DNA of 64,000 nucleotides from a virus (lineage: Duplodnaviria; Caudoviricetes), in IMG/VR virus record IMGVR_UViG_3300035505_000270, positions 1 to 64,000 of that record. One strand, written 5' to 3'. Under the pieces are notes generated by a model. That model made no database searches. It saw only the letters and a program-made list of their open reading frames with translations, and was not told where the DNA came from. A program made the translations under genes and the position numbers. Of the stretch, positions 43,561 to 55,400 are shown piece by piece (position 1 is the stretch's first letter; every line of letters starts with the position of its first letter).

Positions 43561-43574
43561 ATTTTAATCCTCCT

Positions 43575-44240
43575 TTAATATTTATAATCTACTATAAAAT
43601 AGTCAGTTCCATTTTGTGTTACTAAACTATTTTTTAATACAAAACCTAAATAATTAATAGCTATATTATTATTATATAATTCATAAATTCCACTTCTGCC
43701 AATTTGAATTTCTTCACCATTAACAGTAAATAATAGTCCAGGAGGACCTTGAATACCTATCTTTTTTAAACTATTAACTCCAATAGCATCTTTTACCACA
43801 TTAGTAAGTTTTATAAACTTATCAATAGTAATAGTCATAGCTCTTCCATTAGTAGATTTAAAATCTAAATCACTTCTTTGTAATTCAAATAACATAGAAT
43901 TATAGGAGTTGTTAGGTTGAAAAATAATTTCAAAAGTTACTGTACCAGTTCCTATTGGCGCTGTATAGTTACCTATTGTTTCAGTATTATCAGTATCCGA
44001 ATTATTTTGCAAAATTAATGAAAAATCTTGCACCCCTGAAGTAAGACAACTAACAGTAAATCTTAAATAATAAACTGTAGAATAGTTAATAGGTTTTGTA
44101 AAATTTAAAATTTTATCTGTAAATGTTATACTTGTTAAAGGTATTACTGTTTTTACAGTAGAAAGACTATAATCAATAGCCGTTTCGTATCCACCAACAT
44201 CTAAGTCACTCCTACGGAATTGACCAATATTATAGCTCAT
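43575..44240 (-). CDS. Hypothetical virion protein
   Basis: In tail operon; IGIQGPPG...INGE.I.IG..GIYEL. Confidence 0.6.
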   Translation of the reverse strand: MSYNIGQFRRSDLDVGGYETAIDYSLSTVKTVIPLTSITFTDKILNFTKPINYSTVYYLRFTVSCLTSGVQDFSLILQNNSDTDNTETIGNYTAPIGTGTVTFEIIFQPNNSYNSMLFELQRSDLDFKSTNGRAMTITIDKFIKLTNVVKDAIGVNSLKKIGIQGPPGLLFTVNGEEIQIGRSGIYELYNNNIAINYLGFVLKNSLVTQNGTDYFIVDYKY

Positions 44241-44258
44241 ATCCTTTTTCCTCCTTTC

Positions 44259-46286
44259 CTAAATTCGCTCTAATACTCTTGTACATGATAAAGTCATTGT
44301 ACTAGAAGTATCAAAAGGAATAGAAATACTATTTATCATATAATCTCCATAAATTCCGCATTGAGAGTCTCTTACTGTAATTCTAGTATTAGGCTCTAAA
44401 TAGAAAATTGGAATGGAGCTAATTGTAATTGTTTCATTATAACTTGTATATTGATATAATAATTCTCTAACAGTATTATAAGCTGAATTTTTAGTTCCGC
44501 CTGTAGCAATTGCTTCATAAATCTTAGAATCAACTTGCATATAAGCTTGACCTTTATTTTGACATTCAGTTACTAAAGCAGTAGTATCATTTTGTCCACT
44601 TTCAATAATTACTAAATCTGGTATATCTGGCTCAAATATACAGTTAATGCTATCATCACTTAGCACTTTTGTTCTTCTACCTATGTTAGAAACACTAAGT
44701 TCTGAAATTGCAGCAGATGAATCTATAAAGTCTAAATAAAAATCTATATCTGTTCCATTTAACTCATCTATAAATTTACCATTTTCTACATCATAAAGTT
44801 TTGGCCATTCATTACAAAGTTCAGAATAGTAATAATTAGAATCACTTCCTAAAGGTTCTGCGGCAGCCCCTTGTAAATAGAGCTCGGTCCGCCAATCATC
44901 AGTCGTAATATCTTTTTCTGTTATAGGTAAATGAGTATTTTCATCACAAATTACTACATATTGTAAATTTGCAGTATCCCATTTATATATTATATTATTT
45001 CTATCTTTTGCTTTATAAAATACACCCTCCGTGCCTACCGCAGGAAAGTTTTGATATTTTTCATAGACCATTGAACATTTAGCTTTGGTTAATCCATCAT
45101 CTGGATCCGTATAGAAAAATACTTGATACGTATTTCCAATAGCAGGCTTGCTATCGATAGCCAAATGATATCTAATAGGATAAGTGTATCCTTCAACATC
45201 TTCTCTTACCCCCCAAACAACAAAATCATTTTTAATCATATTAAATTGAGGTGAGTTAGTACAAGAGGTAAACATAGTACAATCATCAAATTGATATACA
45301 GATTTGCCTTTACTATAATCCATTAAGTAATCACCGCTACTCATATTTTGTAATTCAATTGTTGTTTGACTTGTATTTAAATAATTTTTAATTTCTTGAA
45401 AAACAAAATTCCCATTTATATCATAAAAATATTCATAATTACCTAAAGTATTTTTAATTGTATCAAGAATAGTACATACTGTATTTCCCGCATCTCCTAT
45501 TAATTCGCCAGGATAAACAAAATCAGTATAGATATATCCTATATCATCACCATATTCATATTTATTATAAGTTGAATTAATAGGTTTCGTAGTAGAAGCA
45601 CTATATTGTGTAGAACCATTATGATATGTTGTAGTAATATATAAAGGATTACTACCAATCCATCTCATTGTTTGTTTTACTCTAGTATCAACATCACTAA
45701 TAATAATTTTACCTAGCTGCTCTCCGCCATAATGATTAACTAACTCTTGAATAATCTGATAAATAGTAGTTTTAACTGTAATATATTCACCATTTTCATC
45801 AATAGTATCATATTCATGGAAAGTAATAGAGGCGGGAAGGGTGCCCCCGCACTCTCCATTCAATAAGCACATTTTATCTTTTAGCTGCAATGAAATATTA
45901 ACTCCATCGGTAGCATGAGATAAACTAGGTGAAGTAATTACAAATACACCAAGTGGGAACCAAATCTTTTCAAATTCTGTATAATATTTTGTATTATTAA
46001 TAAAGCCAATTTCAACTTCAACTTTTTTATTTATAGAAAATATATTATTAACATTAGTTAAATCATTTTCTGCCTCAGTCGCTACTAAGGACAAGGTACA
46101 CGTTCTTCGGATAGTAGAACTAGCATCTAAATTTAGAGTGCCAGAAGTAACTTGTCCTTGTATTGACTTTATTGGCTTTTCATCAAAAGTTAAAACTGTG
46201 ATATTAACATATTGTTCTTTATTTCTTATTTTATCAAACATTTTTAAGAAAGCAGAGTCTTGTAAATATGGATAATTATATCTCAT
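44259..46286 (-). CDS. Baseplate hub/minor tail protein
   Basis: GQVTSGTLNLD.SS.IRRTC.L, PLGVF.I, YEYFYD.NG.FVF, PIFYLEPN.RI pattern. Confidence 0.6.
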   Translation of the reverse strand: MRYNYPYLQDSAFLKMFDKIRNKEQYVNITVLTFDEKPIKSIQGQVTSGTLNLDASSTIRRTCTLSLVATEAENDLTNVNNIFSINKKVEVEIGFINNTKYYTEFEKIWFPLGVFVITSPSLSHATDGVNISLQLKDKMCLLNGECGGTLPASITFHEYDTIDENGEYITVKTTIYQIIQELVNHYGGEQLGKIIISDVDTRVKQTMRWIGSNPLYITTTYHNGSTQYSASTTKPINSTYNKYEYGDDIGYIYTDFVYPGELIGDAGNTVCTILDTIKNTLGNYEYFYDINGNFVFQEIKNYLNTSQTTIELQNMSSGDYLMDYSKGKSVYQFDDCTMFTSCTNSPQFNMIKNDFVVWGVREDVEGYTYPIRYHLAIDSKPAIGNTYQVFFYTDPDDGLTKAKCSMVYEKYQNFPAVGTEGVFYKAKDRNNIIYKWDTANLQYVVICDENTHLPITEKDITTDDWRTELYLQGAAAEPLGSDSNYYYSELCNEWPKLYDVENGKFIDELNGTDIDFYLDFIDSSAAISELSVSNIGRRTKVLSDDSINCIFEPDIPDLVIIESGQNDTTALVTECQNKGQAYMQVDSKIYEAIATGGTKNSAYNTVRELLYQYTSYNETITISSIPIFYLEPNTRITVRDSQCGIYGDYMINSISIPFDTSSTMTLSCTRVLERI

Positions 46287-49102
46287 TCTGAATAATACTC
46301 TCCTTTCATAGTTTCAACAATGTAATCTACAATAGCAAATACTGGACATTGAACTATATCATCATCTGAAAATTCATACCATGTTTGATGGTAATAAATA
46401 TATCGTTGACCGTTAATAGTATAAACACTATTTTTAGCAGGACTAACAATTTCATCAAAAGAAGTCCAATCTCCCCTAACTTCAAAATATTCAGTATCTC
46501 TAACATATTCATTGTCATTTTTAACTATTAATTTATTATCTTCTATTGTAAAATATTCCGGATTTACTGTAATAATATTTCCATCATCATCAATAGTAAT
46601 AACTCCATCTTTCAGCACAACCATCTTCTCAATAGGTTTGCCATCTTCTTGGGCGGAAATAATTTGTAAGATAGCTTCAACAGCAGAATTTAAATGTAAA
46701 TGAACTCCATGAAAATAAAAACCTGTTAGAATACTATCTTCATCATAGAATCTTAATACCCCCGTCGCTCCTATTTCATGTTTAAAGTATTCATCATCAT
46801 AAGAATCTTTAACATAAATTACTGTACCAGGGTCTGCTTCAATAGTGACTTCATTAAGAGATGCTAATGTTTGATAATAAGCTTGATATTTAAATAAATA
46901 TTTTGTATATATATCAGTAAAGCCATTTTCGTCTAATTTAAACATTTTATGAAGTTGGCCTGCTTTTACATTATAATATATTTTACTATATAACAAACTA
47001 GTATTTTCAGTTTGTTCTAATTCTGCAATATAATCAATAGTTACATCAGTATCTGTTGGAAATGTAATTGAAGTAACATTTGTGTCATCATCAATTAATT
47101 CATAAAATCCTCGCGCACTAACAATAATTGGAGTATTATTAATATTAACAATGTATCCTACCGCAGTATCTGAATCTCCAGTTTTGCTCCAAGGTTGCGG
47201 AACTCCATTAACCGTTTTTATTAAATAAGGTGCTGAATTAAATTGCAATCTTACCCAACTAAGATAAGACAAATTTGTTATATATTTTTCTAAAGTAAGA
47301 TTAGAATATTTATTTCTTATAATATCTATAACATCATCATTTTTTGTAAAAGTATCAATAACTTGACCTATTTTATTATAATCATAATGTAATTCAGTGC
47401 AATAATCACCAATAGTCTGAATACCATACGTGTCATAATTTGCAACAGTACAATTATCCATCTCATATGCAGTTGCGCTAAATGAATATAACATTCTTCC
47501 CAATGTTTCTTGCGGAGAAAAATTAATATCCATTAATCTTACTATAATATTACCCTCTGTATTAGACCTAAATAATTTTAAATCATCTCCATATAGGAAA
47601 TCCATTATCTTTTCTCTAAACATTCGTTCATAGATATAATCATTATATTCAGTAATATATCTTTTTTCATCAAATGGAGAATCTGCGGCGGCCGCTACAT
47701 CTTCATTATATTTTTTATAATAATTATCATACATATCTTGTCCGTAAATTGACTCAGGACTTAAAAAGATATGTTCATCATCACAAAAGCTAGTAATTAA
47801 ACCAGATATTGAAAATGATTTATATTTAACATTTCCATTTCTACGAATAAAAGGAAATTGTGAACCTATCGTATCAGTTTTAGATTCTATATAATTAGTT
47901 TTGAAAGAAGAAATGCTAGGATCGTATTTAACTCTAAACTGCAAGTCTTCTCTTGTTAAAAACATATCCTCTAGTTCTATTACAATAGGATCTTCAATTA
48001 TAGTTAAGACCCCTCGGTCACCTTTACTACTTCTTCTTTGTATCCCATACTTGTACCACACTCCACTTTCTATAGTATAATCATACCATGTATAATCAAC
48101 AATTGTATTATCAGTAAAAGTTAGTTGTTTTACATCATCCCACAATTTAAAATTGCTCTTACTAGAAGTTCTTCTGAAAGTCACATTACCAAAGAAAGGT
48201 ATAGTATCAGTACTCTTAATGTGTAATTTTACTCTGCCATTATCTACATCCGCCTCTGCTTCAATAGATAGTTCTAAGGCGTCAAGCAAATTTGGAATAA
48301 CTGAAAAAGTATATTCAATTGAATTAGAATATTCGTTGTATGTATAATAAGTTAATTCTAATCTATATTCGGTGCCATCTTCTAATAAATAAGGTAAGGT
48401 ATAATTAATTTCATTTGGATTATATATTTCAGTAAAAATTTTATCACTATTAAATACTAATTCATTATTTAAAGTTGAATAAATTTTTACTGTATAATAT
48501 TTTAAATATTCACTTTCATCTTCATCTTCGAAAGATAAAGTACCAATTAAATCTAATATTTCAGTAGTAAAAATAGTAGTCTCTAATGTGGTAGGATCAT
48601 CTTCAAAACCTTTTAACTCTAAAGTCGGTTTAGAAATGCCTTTAATTAAACATACTGTTGACCACTCTGAAAAATATGTTGAATTTGCATTTAACCAAGA
48701 AGCCATACCAGCTTGACTTGCAGGAGTTTCTTGGGCTCCCGCACCAGTAAAACGAACCTGAACTTTATAATATTGATTAACTTCAAATTCACCTTGTTTT
48801 AAATCTTCAGGATTTATTTCAATATAATATTTTTCATCATTGACTACTGTATTATCTATTAAAATATTAGTAACTTTAATATTAGTAGAATAATAAGGCT
48901 TGCTTGTATCTTTTGTATCAGGCGAAGTTCTAAAAGCTGATGTATTACTCTTTTGATAATTGACAATAACTTGTGCATTTTTTATATCTTCATAACTATT
49001 ATAATTAGATAAGGAGAAATATACTTTGCAAGTTTCATTTCTCACAAATGCAGGTTGGTACGTACCCACAATAGGTGGGTATAAATTATTTGTTATTGAC
49101 AT
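46283..49102 (-). CDS. Large tail/baseplate protein
   Basis: DYTIESGVWYKY (FnIII-like), GSQFPFI.RNG, KLFRSNTEGN; start at ATG 49102 after AGGAG. Confidence 0.6.
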   Translation of the reverse strand: MSITNNLYPPIVGTYQPAFVRNETCKVYFSLSNYNSYEDIKNAQVIVNYQKSNTSAFRTSPDTKDTSKPYYSTNIKVTNILIDNTVVNDEKYYIEINPEDLKQGEFEVNQYYKVQVRFTGAGAQETPASQAGMASWLNANSTYFSEWSTVCLIKGISKPTLELKGFEDDPTTLETTIFTTEILDLIGTLSFEDEDESEYLKYYTVKIYSTLNNELVFNSDKIFTEIYNPNEINYTLPYLLEDGTEYRLELTYYTYNEYSNSIEYTFSVIPNLLDALELSIEAEADVDNGRVKLHIKSTDTIPFFGNVTFRRTSSKSNFKLWDDVKQLTFTDNTIVDYTWYDYTIESGVWYKYGIQRRSSKGDRGVLTIIEDPIVIELEDMFLTREDLQFRVKYDPSISSFKTNYIESKTDTIGSQFPFIRRNGNVKYKSFSISGLITSFCDDEHIFLSPESIYGQDMYDNYYKKYNEDVAAAADSPFDEKRYITEYNDYIYERMFREKIMDFLYGDDLKLFRSNTEGNIIVRLMDINFSPQETLGRMLYSFSATAYEMDNCTVANYDTYGIQTIGDYCTELHYDYNKIGQVIDTFTKNDDVIDIIRNKYSNLTLEKYITNLSYLSWVRLQFNSAPYLIKTVNGVPQPWSKTGDSDTAVGYIVNINNTPIIVSARGFYELIDDDTNVTSITFPTDTDVTIDYIAELEQTENTSLLYSKIYYNVKAGQLHKMFKLDENGFTDIYTKYLFKYQAYYQTLASLNEVTIEADPGTVIYVKDSYDDEYFKHEIGATGVLRFYDEDSILTGFYFHGVHLHLNSAVEAILQIISAQEDGKPIEKMVVLKDGVITIDDDGNIITVNPEYFTIEDNKLIVKNDNEYVRDTEYFEVRGDWTSFDEIVSPAKNSVYTINGQRYIYYHQTWYEFSDDDIVQCPVFAIVDYIVETMKGEYYSE

Positions 49103-49127
49103 ATCATTCTCCTTTTCTCTCTTATTT

Positions 49128-49598
49128 TTATTGCGGCGGTTGCTTAGGAAGCGCACGTATCTCTTCCATTAAATCTTTAATAAAAGAGTTCCCGCCTTCA
49201 TCTACGTAATGATTATAACGTCTTTCAATGCAATTTAAACTGTAGTCATCAATCCATCCCTTATCATAGCAAAAGGAATGATGTTCTTTTGTTATATAAG
49301 ATTTGATATCATCTCTATCAGATTCAATTAGCAAATTAATCTTTTGTAGCATATCAGACAATTTATCTTCAACAGCAGCTTGCTCTTTTTCAACCTTTTG
49401 AAAATTATTATTACATTGATTGATTTGTTCTTGCATAACTGCTAATTTTGTTTCTTGTTGTGTTTCTTTATTAAAAGTCTTTCTAAGACGTTCTACTGCC
49501 CAATCCCAAAATGTAAAAAATCCCTTAATTGCTAAACAAAATATAACTAAAAAAGTTAAAATCTCTGAAAGAGAATAATTGTTTAGTAAATCTTCCAT
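49128..49598 (-). CDS. Holin-like membrane protein
   Basis: N-terminal TM helix, coiled coil, YNHY...GGNS motif. Confidence 0.5.
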   Translation of the reverse strand: MEDLLNNYSLSEILTFLVIFCLAIKGFFTFWDWAVERLRKTFNKETQQETKLAVMQEQINQCNNNFQKVEKEQAAVEDKLSDMLQKINLLIESDRDDIKSYITKEHHSFCYDKGWIDDYSLNCIERRYNHYVDEGGNSFIKDLMEEIRALPKQPPQ

Positions 49599-49698
49599 AA
49601 AAAAATACCTCCATTAATAAACAAAAATTCTTTTTCTATAACTTACTAATTATTATGAATTTTTGAATTTATTAATGGAGGTTTTCTGCCCAAGAAAA

Positions 49699-49914
49699 TT
49701 ATTCTTCTTCTTTATTTGCGGCGGTCTCGCTCTGTGCTTTTTTCTCTACGTCTTTCTGCGCCTGAGCAATTTCCGCATTAATTTGAGCATAATAAATTCT
49801 TTCAATATCTGTTAAGGTATCTTTAAGAATGTAATATAGTACTCCCACATCTAATCCACTATTCTGAATTAAACCATTTAAACTTTCTTTAAAAAATTGA
49901 TAATCTTTTACCAT
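49699..49914 (-). CDS. Hypothetical protein
   Basis: AGGAG RBS; small helical ORF. Confidence 0.6.
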   Translation of the reverse strand: MVKDYQFFKESLNGLIQNSGLDVGVLYYILKDTLTDIERIYYAQINAEIAQAQKDVEKKAQSETAANKEEE

Positions 49915-49929
49915 ATTATTTTATCTCCT

Positions 49930-52374
49930 TTATACATTTGTATTTGAATTATTATCCAAATATTCTTTAATTTTATTATTTATATAATCTGATAATGTTA
50001 AATCACCGATATAAATTTCATTCGCATTTAATTTAATATTACCAGCTGTATTATTAATATTTAGTGTTTCAGCATTCTCTGGCGCGGTAATTTCCGATAT
50101 TGTGCCACCTGTAATTGTACTAGAAGTGATACTACCGCCAGCAATAGTAGGATTATTAAAATTAGCAGAATTACTGGATAATACCCAAGAAGAATTGGTA
50201 TCTCTAATTACTCCTTGTTCTGAATCTAAGATAATATCTTTAGCAGATACTTGAGTTTCATCATCGCTTAACTTCCATCCGCCTATTGCTTTAGCAGTGT
50301 TTGCGGTATTTGCAACAGGAATAGTAATTGTTTTTGCAATAGTCCCGCCTTTTATAGTTATATTATTGAAAATAGCAGAACCATCACTCTTAATAGTCCA
50401 TCCCTTTTCTGATTCTATATAATTACCAGAAATAGAACCCTCATTAGATAATTTAATAAAACCTCCATTATCTGAGCTTGTTGAAGTTAAAGCATCTTCA
50501 GAAATGTTCCAACCCGCAATAGTAGCTTTGTTCTTTGCGGGATCCAAAACAATTTCTTTATTTACTCCAAACTCCGCCTTACCAGTTTCCGCATCCAAAA
50601 GTATACTACGTTGTCCATTGTGATATCCTACTAGACCAATTTTTTCTGTTTGAGTATTTTGCTCTGTAACTTTGCCTAAAACTACCCCAGTAAAATTATC
50701 TTCTGTATCATCTCCGGCTTCTATAGTAACTGAAAAATCTGCATCAGGATCGTGCTTATATACTTTAATGCCGGATGAAGTAACTTCTGTAGTTTGTCCT
50801 TCTACCTCTGAAGTGTTGGTAAGGGTAATAGAAGCTGTGCCAAAGTATTGTTCTCGAGTATACCAGCTCTCTCCTCCTATTGCCCCATATACTACGCAAC
50901 TATAAGTACAATACTTATTAAAATCAATATTTGGTACTTCTAAAGCAGAAGTAGCTACTTCGTTACGCTCTAATAATGTATAGTTACCAGTATCATCTAA
51001 CCTAGACCATACCTGTGGATCAGTATACGTACCTTTTGGTGAATTATACCAATTACTATTTAAACCTAATAATGTATTTCCCTTATTAAAAGAAAATTGC
51101 GAACCTTGTTCTGAATAAATGTAAAAATCATAAAATGAATCATAATTAATTATATTTATAATATTATTAATATTTTGATTATTATAAATAGCTGCACATT
51201 TAATTCTATTAATTTTAGTTATTAACTGTTGGCTAGTAATATTTAATATATTTTTACTAGTTAAACTCCAGGTTGAAAAATGAATGTAATTACTTCCTCT
51301 ATATTTTCCTATCCAATCATTAATATCCCACCATCCATTCCCACCATATGAACTATAACGCTCGTTTCCAACCATAACATCAGGTTGTTCAAAAAACCAA
51401 TAAAAATCGCAATCATCAGTTATATCTTTTCCATCATAGTAAACTTTTGCTTGAAGCTGTACAGTTGTTAAATTATCATTCTTGTTTAGGTATGTTCCAT
51501 CAGGAGTAGAAAATATTAAGCAAGGTTCACTTTTATCATAAGTATTAATTCCATATAATTTAATATTACTAATCAAAATATCCACTGGACAATTATCACT
51601 TTCGCTATTAGCACAGTCTTCTTTACTATTAGGAAAATCTTTTACATAAGCTTGGATAGAAGATATTTGTTGGAAATCTGTATTATTTAATTCAAAAGTA
51701 AACTCTTGAGTAGTAGGATTAATAAAATTGTAAGGAGTTCCACTCATTCGAGAAGTATCTATTACATATTGCTGACTATAACTAGTAAAATCATTCTTAA
51801 AATCCAATGTAAATATTAACCCATAGTCGCCTTGATATTGCTGCTCTTCTTCTAAATTAGTTTGCACATCAAAAGAAATTAAGATTTTGTCTGTAGATTT
51901 TATATATAATTTAACATCTGTTGAATTTATATTTAATAAATTATTACTAGTATCATTAACATCATATAAAGTCTTAGTAAAAGTATCTTTATGCCAAGAG
52001 CTAAGCCCACAAGACCAGTTGTCATTGACATCGCTAATTACACTTCTACCTATTTTTTCTATTATATCTGAACTAACATCTATTGCGGCGGCCGCCCCTA
52101 AGCTCGCTACCGGCCCCAATATAGTTTTAATAGTATTCATATTATTTTCTGGTATTAAAACGTATACGTTGGTTCCGTTTTCTAATACCTCATCTTTAGC
52201 TGAATAATAAGCATCAAAAATACCATCTTGATATTTAACTCTATATCTACCAGTTTTTTCATCTTCGTAGCTTATTACAATCGCTTTTACTGTTCTATCA
52301 TAACCCGCATCCTCAACAGCTTTATTTACAATAACTTCAATAGCATCGCAAATATTATTTTCTATGTTGTTCAT
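49930..52374 (-). CDS. Tail protein (central spike/fibre-like)
   Basis: GYDRTV.A.V N-terminal OB-like region; C-terminal beta-repeats (IAGWNI, IGGWKL). Confidence 0.55.
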   Translation of the reverse strand: MNNIENNICDAIEVIVNKAVEDAGYDRTVKAIVISYEDEKTGRYRVKYQDGIFDAYYSAKDEVLENGTNVYVLIPENNMNTIKTILGPVASLGAAAAIDVSSDIIEKIGRSVISDVNDNWSCGLSSWHKDTFTKTLYDVNDTSNNLLNINSTDVKLYIKSTDKILISFDVQTNLEEEQQYQGDYGLIFTLDFKNDFTSYSQQYVIDTSRMSGTPYNFINPTTQEFTFELNNTDFQQISSIQAYVKDFPNSKEDCANSESDNCPVDILISNIKLYGINTYDKSEPCLIFSTPDGTYLNKNDNLTTVQLQAKVYYDGKDITDDCDFYWFFEQPDVMVGNERYSSYGGNGWWDINDWIGKYRGSNYIHFSTWSLTSKNILNITSQQLITKINRIKCAAIYNNQNINNIINIINYDSFYDFYIYSEQGSQFSFNKGNTLLGLNSNWYNSPKGTYTDPQVWSRLDDTGNYTLLERNEVATSALEVPNIDFNKYCTYSCVVYGAIGGESWYTREQYFGTASITLTNTSEVEGQTTEVTSSGIKVYKHDPDADFSVTIEAGDDTEDNFTGVVLGKVTEQNTQTEKIGLVGYHNGQRSILLDAETGKAEFGVNKEIVLDPAKNKATIAGWNISEDALTSTSSDNGGFIKLSNEGSISGNYIESEKGWTIKSDGSAIFNNITIKGGTIAKTITIPVANTANTAKAIGGWKLSDDETQVSAKDIILDSEQGVIRDTNSSWVLSSNSANFNNPTIAGGSITSSTITGGTISEITAPENAETLNINNTAGNIKLNANEIYIGDLTLSDYINNKIKEYLDNNSNTNV

Positions 52375-52395
52375 AATTATCTCCTTTTCTCTCTT

Positions 52396-52424
52396 ATTTT
52401 ATCACAAAATTTTAAAAAAGTCAA
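52396..52424 (-). promoter_or_regulatory. sigmaA-type promoter
   Basis: Minus strand TTGACT-17bp-TAAAAT with TG extension. Confidence 0.65.
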
Positions 52425-52447
52425 GGGGAGGAATTTATCCTCCCCTT
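52423..52447 (-). terminator. Terminator after tape measure gene
   Basis: AAGGGGAGGA/TCCTCCCCTT stem. Confidence 0.7.
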
Positions 52448-52450
52448 ATT

Positions 52451-55400
52451 TTATCTTTTATTATTAAATGCTCTTTGTGAAGCAATATTAGTAAGGTTAT
52501 TAAAAGCGTTCTCAATTTCTTTTGAACTACTTACATTAGGGAATGAAGCTTCAATATGAACATTTTGTTCAAGAGTATCAGATGTTGCGGAAACCGAGCC
52601 TGTAGACGAACTTAATCCAGCCGCCAACGCAAGCAATTTATCTTGAATATTAGAATTAATGTTACTTAATAAGCTAGACATATCGCGCACAATACCAACT
52701 GCCGCAAGCATATTTTCAGTATCAGAGGCATTTAAAACCAATTCCTTTTGATGAAGAACAGCTAGTTTACCATCGTCACCCCAAGAACCAGTATATCCGC
52801 CTGTATCAAAAGCAGGATAATAACCATACTTGGCCGCCCATAGACGAAGGTCATCTTCTGAACCAGCCGTATATCTTAAAGTTGTACCCTGATAAGCGCC
52901 CCATAATGTTACTCCGCTATTTACTTGTCCTTTTGATTTATTAGTAATTTTTGCTGAAGTGAGTCCAGGGCCATAACTGGCTCCTACTAAAGTAAAATCA
53001 TATTTATCTTTATTAGTAGTTTTAAATCTATTATATTCTGAAAGAGCATCTTTAGCACTTCTATTAGTTCGTGTGCTATACAATTTATTTCCAGTATAAT
53101 AACGATAAGTTAATTGATCCGGAGAAACAATAACATACATTTTATCTTTAGTTGTAGTATCAGATGTCTTATCTCCACTGTTTGTTGCCAAAGCTTTAAC
53201 TGTTTCTGTTGCAGCACTAGCAACATCTTTTAATGTAGATGTGATTTTTGAGCTAGATGAGGAACCGCTAGAACTAGAGCTAGATGAGGAACCGCTAGAA
53301 CTAGAGCTAGAATTTCTTGCGGCTGTTGCTGCTTTTTCATTAGTCGCGGTTATGTAATCATAGGCAGCAGTTGTAGCCCTTTGAGCAGCTGCCGCCGCAC
53401 TATTATACTTAGCAATCAGAGTAGTCATATTTGTAATAACTTCTTTTATCTTTGTTATTTCATCATCATAACTATCTAATAATTCTTGATTATCTTCTAA
53501 CAAAGCTTCTGTACTATCAACAGTAGAATCAATACCATTACCTATTGCGGTAAAATCAACATCAGCAGAAGCAGCTACATTATTTAAGCTAGTTTCATAA
53601 TCTTCTGTTGCATCTTTTACATTGTTAGTAGCCTCAGTTGCAATTTGCTCAAAACCGCCCTCTCCCGCAATACTTTCTAGCATAGTCGCAACACCAGACG
53701 TTACTTGTGGAACAATCTCTTCAGTAATAGCTGTTTTTGTTATATCTGATATATTATTCCATACTTCCTCATTCTTTAATGCTAACGAAGCAGCTTGCTT
53801 CTTTTCTTCATCAGTCATGTTTTGATATTCTTCTGTGCTAGTACCAATAAATGATGTGAATAAAGTTTCATTCTTTAAAATCATTGATACAAAATTCTCA
53901 TTATCTGTATCATAACTACTCTTCAATGACTGAATAGTAGAATCTTCAAGATTAGTCTTAGCTTCTTGGTAATTTTCCCAATAGCGATTAAATTTTTCTG
54001 TATATTGAGCATTAATTTCATCTAATTTATCCCAATATGCCTGAGTATTATAAGTACCATCCTCATAAGCTTGCTCTGTATAACTTGTGATAGCATCTTG
54101 CCATTCTTTATAAGCACTTAATGCGTCATCTAAAGTTTCTTGAACTTGATCTTTATCTAAATTAAATAAATTATTTTGAGCTTCCGCCAACTCTTCTTGA
54201 GCCTTAGAAATACTATCTTCATCAGCTACATACTGATAAGTATAATTACCTTGGGAATCACGTCTCAGCCTCATAGAAGATTTATTTTGTTGAGCTTCTT
54301 CTAAAGCAATTTGCTTAACCGCAATTTCATACATTGCATTTGCTCTATCAATATCATACTGAGTTAATTCTTCTTGACTCTCTAAGATATCAAGCTGTTC
54401 ATTCATTACCGCTTTAAGTTTCTTTTGTGCAGAAACACTATCCGTATTATTTATAGCATCTATAAATTTACTCTTAACTTCTTGTGTTTTATATATTGCA
54501 TTAACTGTATCTAAATAAGAATCTGCATTATCATTAATTAAATCCCATTGAGTTTCTGTAAAATCTAATCCCATACCATTAGTCAATTTATCTGCAATAG
54601 CATCAAAAGTCTCATTAATAGCATTTGTATATTTATCAATAATATTTTGAATAGAATCTTCTACTAAACTATTTAAATCTGATACTACAGACTCCCATTG
54701 CTCTTTCCATTCCGCTAGAACTTCTTCGTTTGTTTCTGCAGCCATCATTTGTTCAATATAAGCTTTTTCTTTACTCAAGAAAGATAATTGGTTATTATTA
54801 TTAGTTTCTATCTTATCATAGTAAGTTGACATCTTAGAATATGCTTCATCGCCATAAATCAATTTAACAACTTTCATGTCATGCTCTAATAAATCGCCAA
54901 TATATTCATAAGTATCTACCTGGTCATCAAAAGCATCATTAGCTTTTTTAATAGTATCAACATAATAATCTTGAATATCATCTATTAAATCATTAAAATC
55001 TTCTTGTGATTCTATTAATTTTTCATAATAAGTTTGTAAATCTTCAAGTGCTTGGCTTCTATCATCGCCATAAATGTCAGACCAACCAGTTTTATCCATC
55101 TGCGTAAGTTCTGCAAGAGTGTTATTAACTTGTTCGGTTAATTTTTGAATTGCGGCAGTGCCCTCGCTATTATAATAGGAGTTCATGTCTTTAAGTTTAT
55201 AATTAGCTAATCCTACGTAATCATCATCTGCTATATCATCAATGATTTTTTGTTTAAACTCATTATATTCTCTTTCAGCTTCCGCCATATCTAATCTAAT
55301 TTCAATTTCCATAGTAAATTTAGAAATATTAATTTCAATTTCTTTATCTACTACTTCTTGAATATCATCTTCAAGGTCTGGAATTGTTTCAGATATTAAG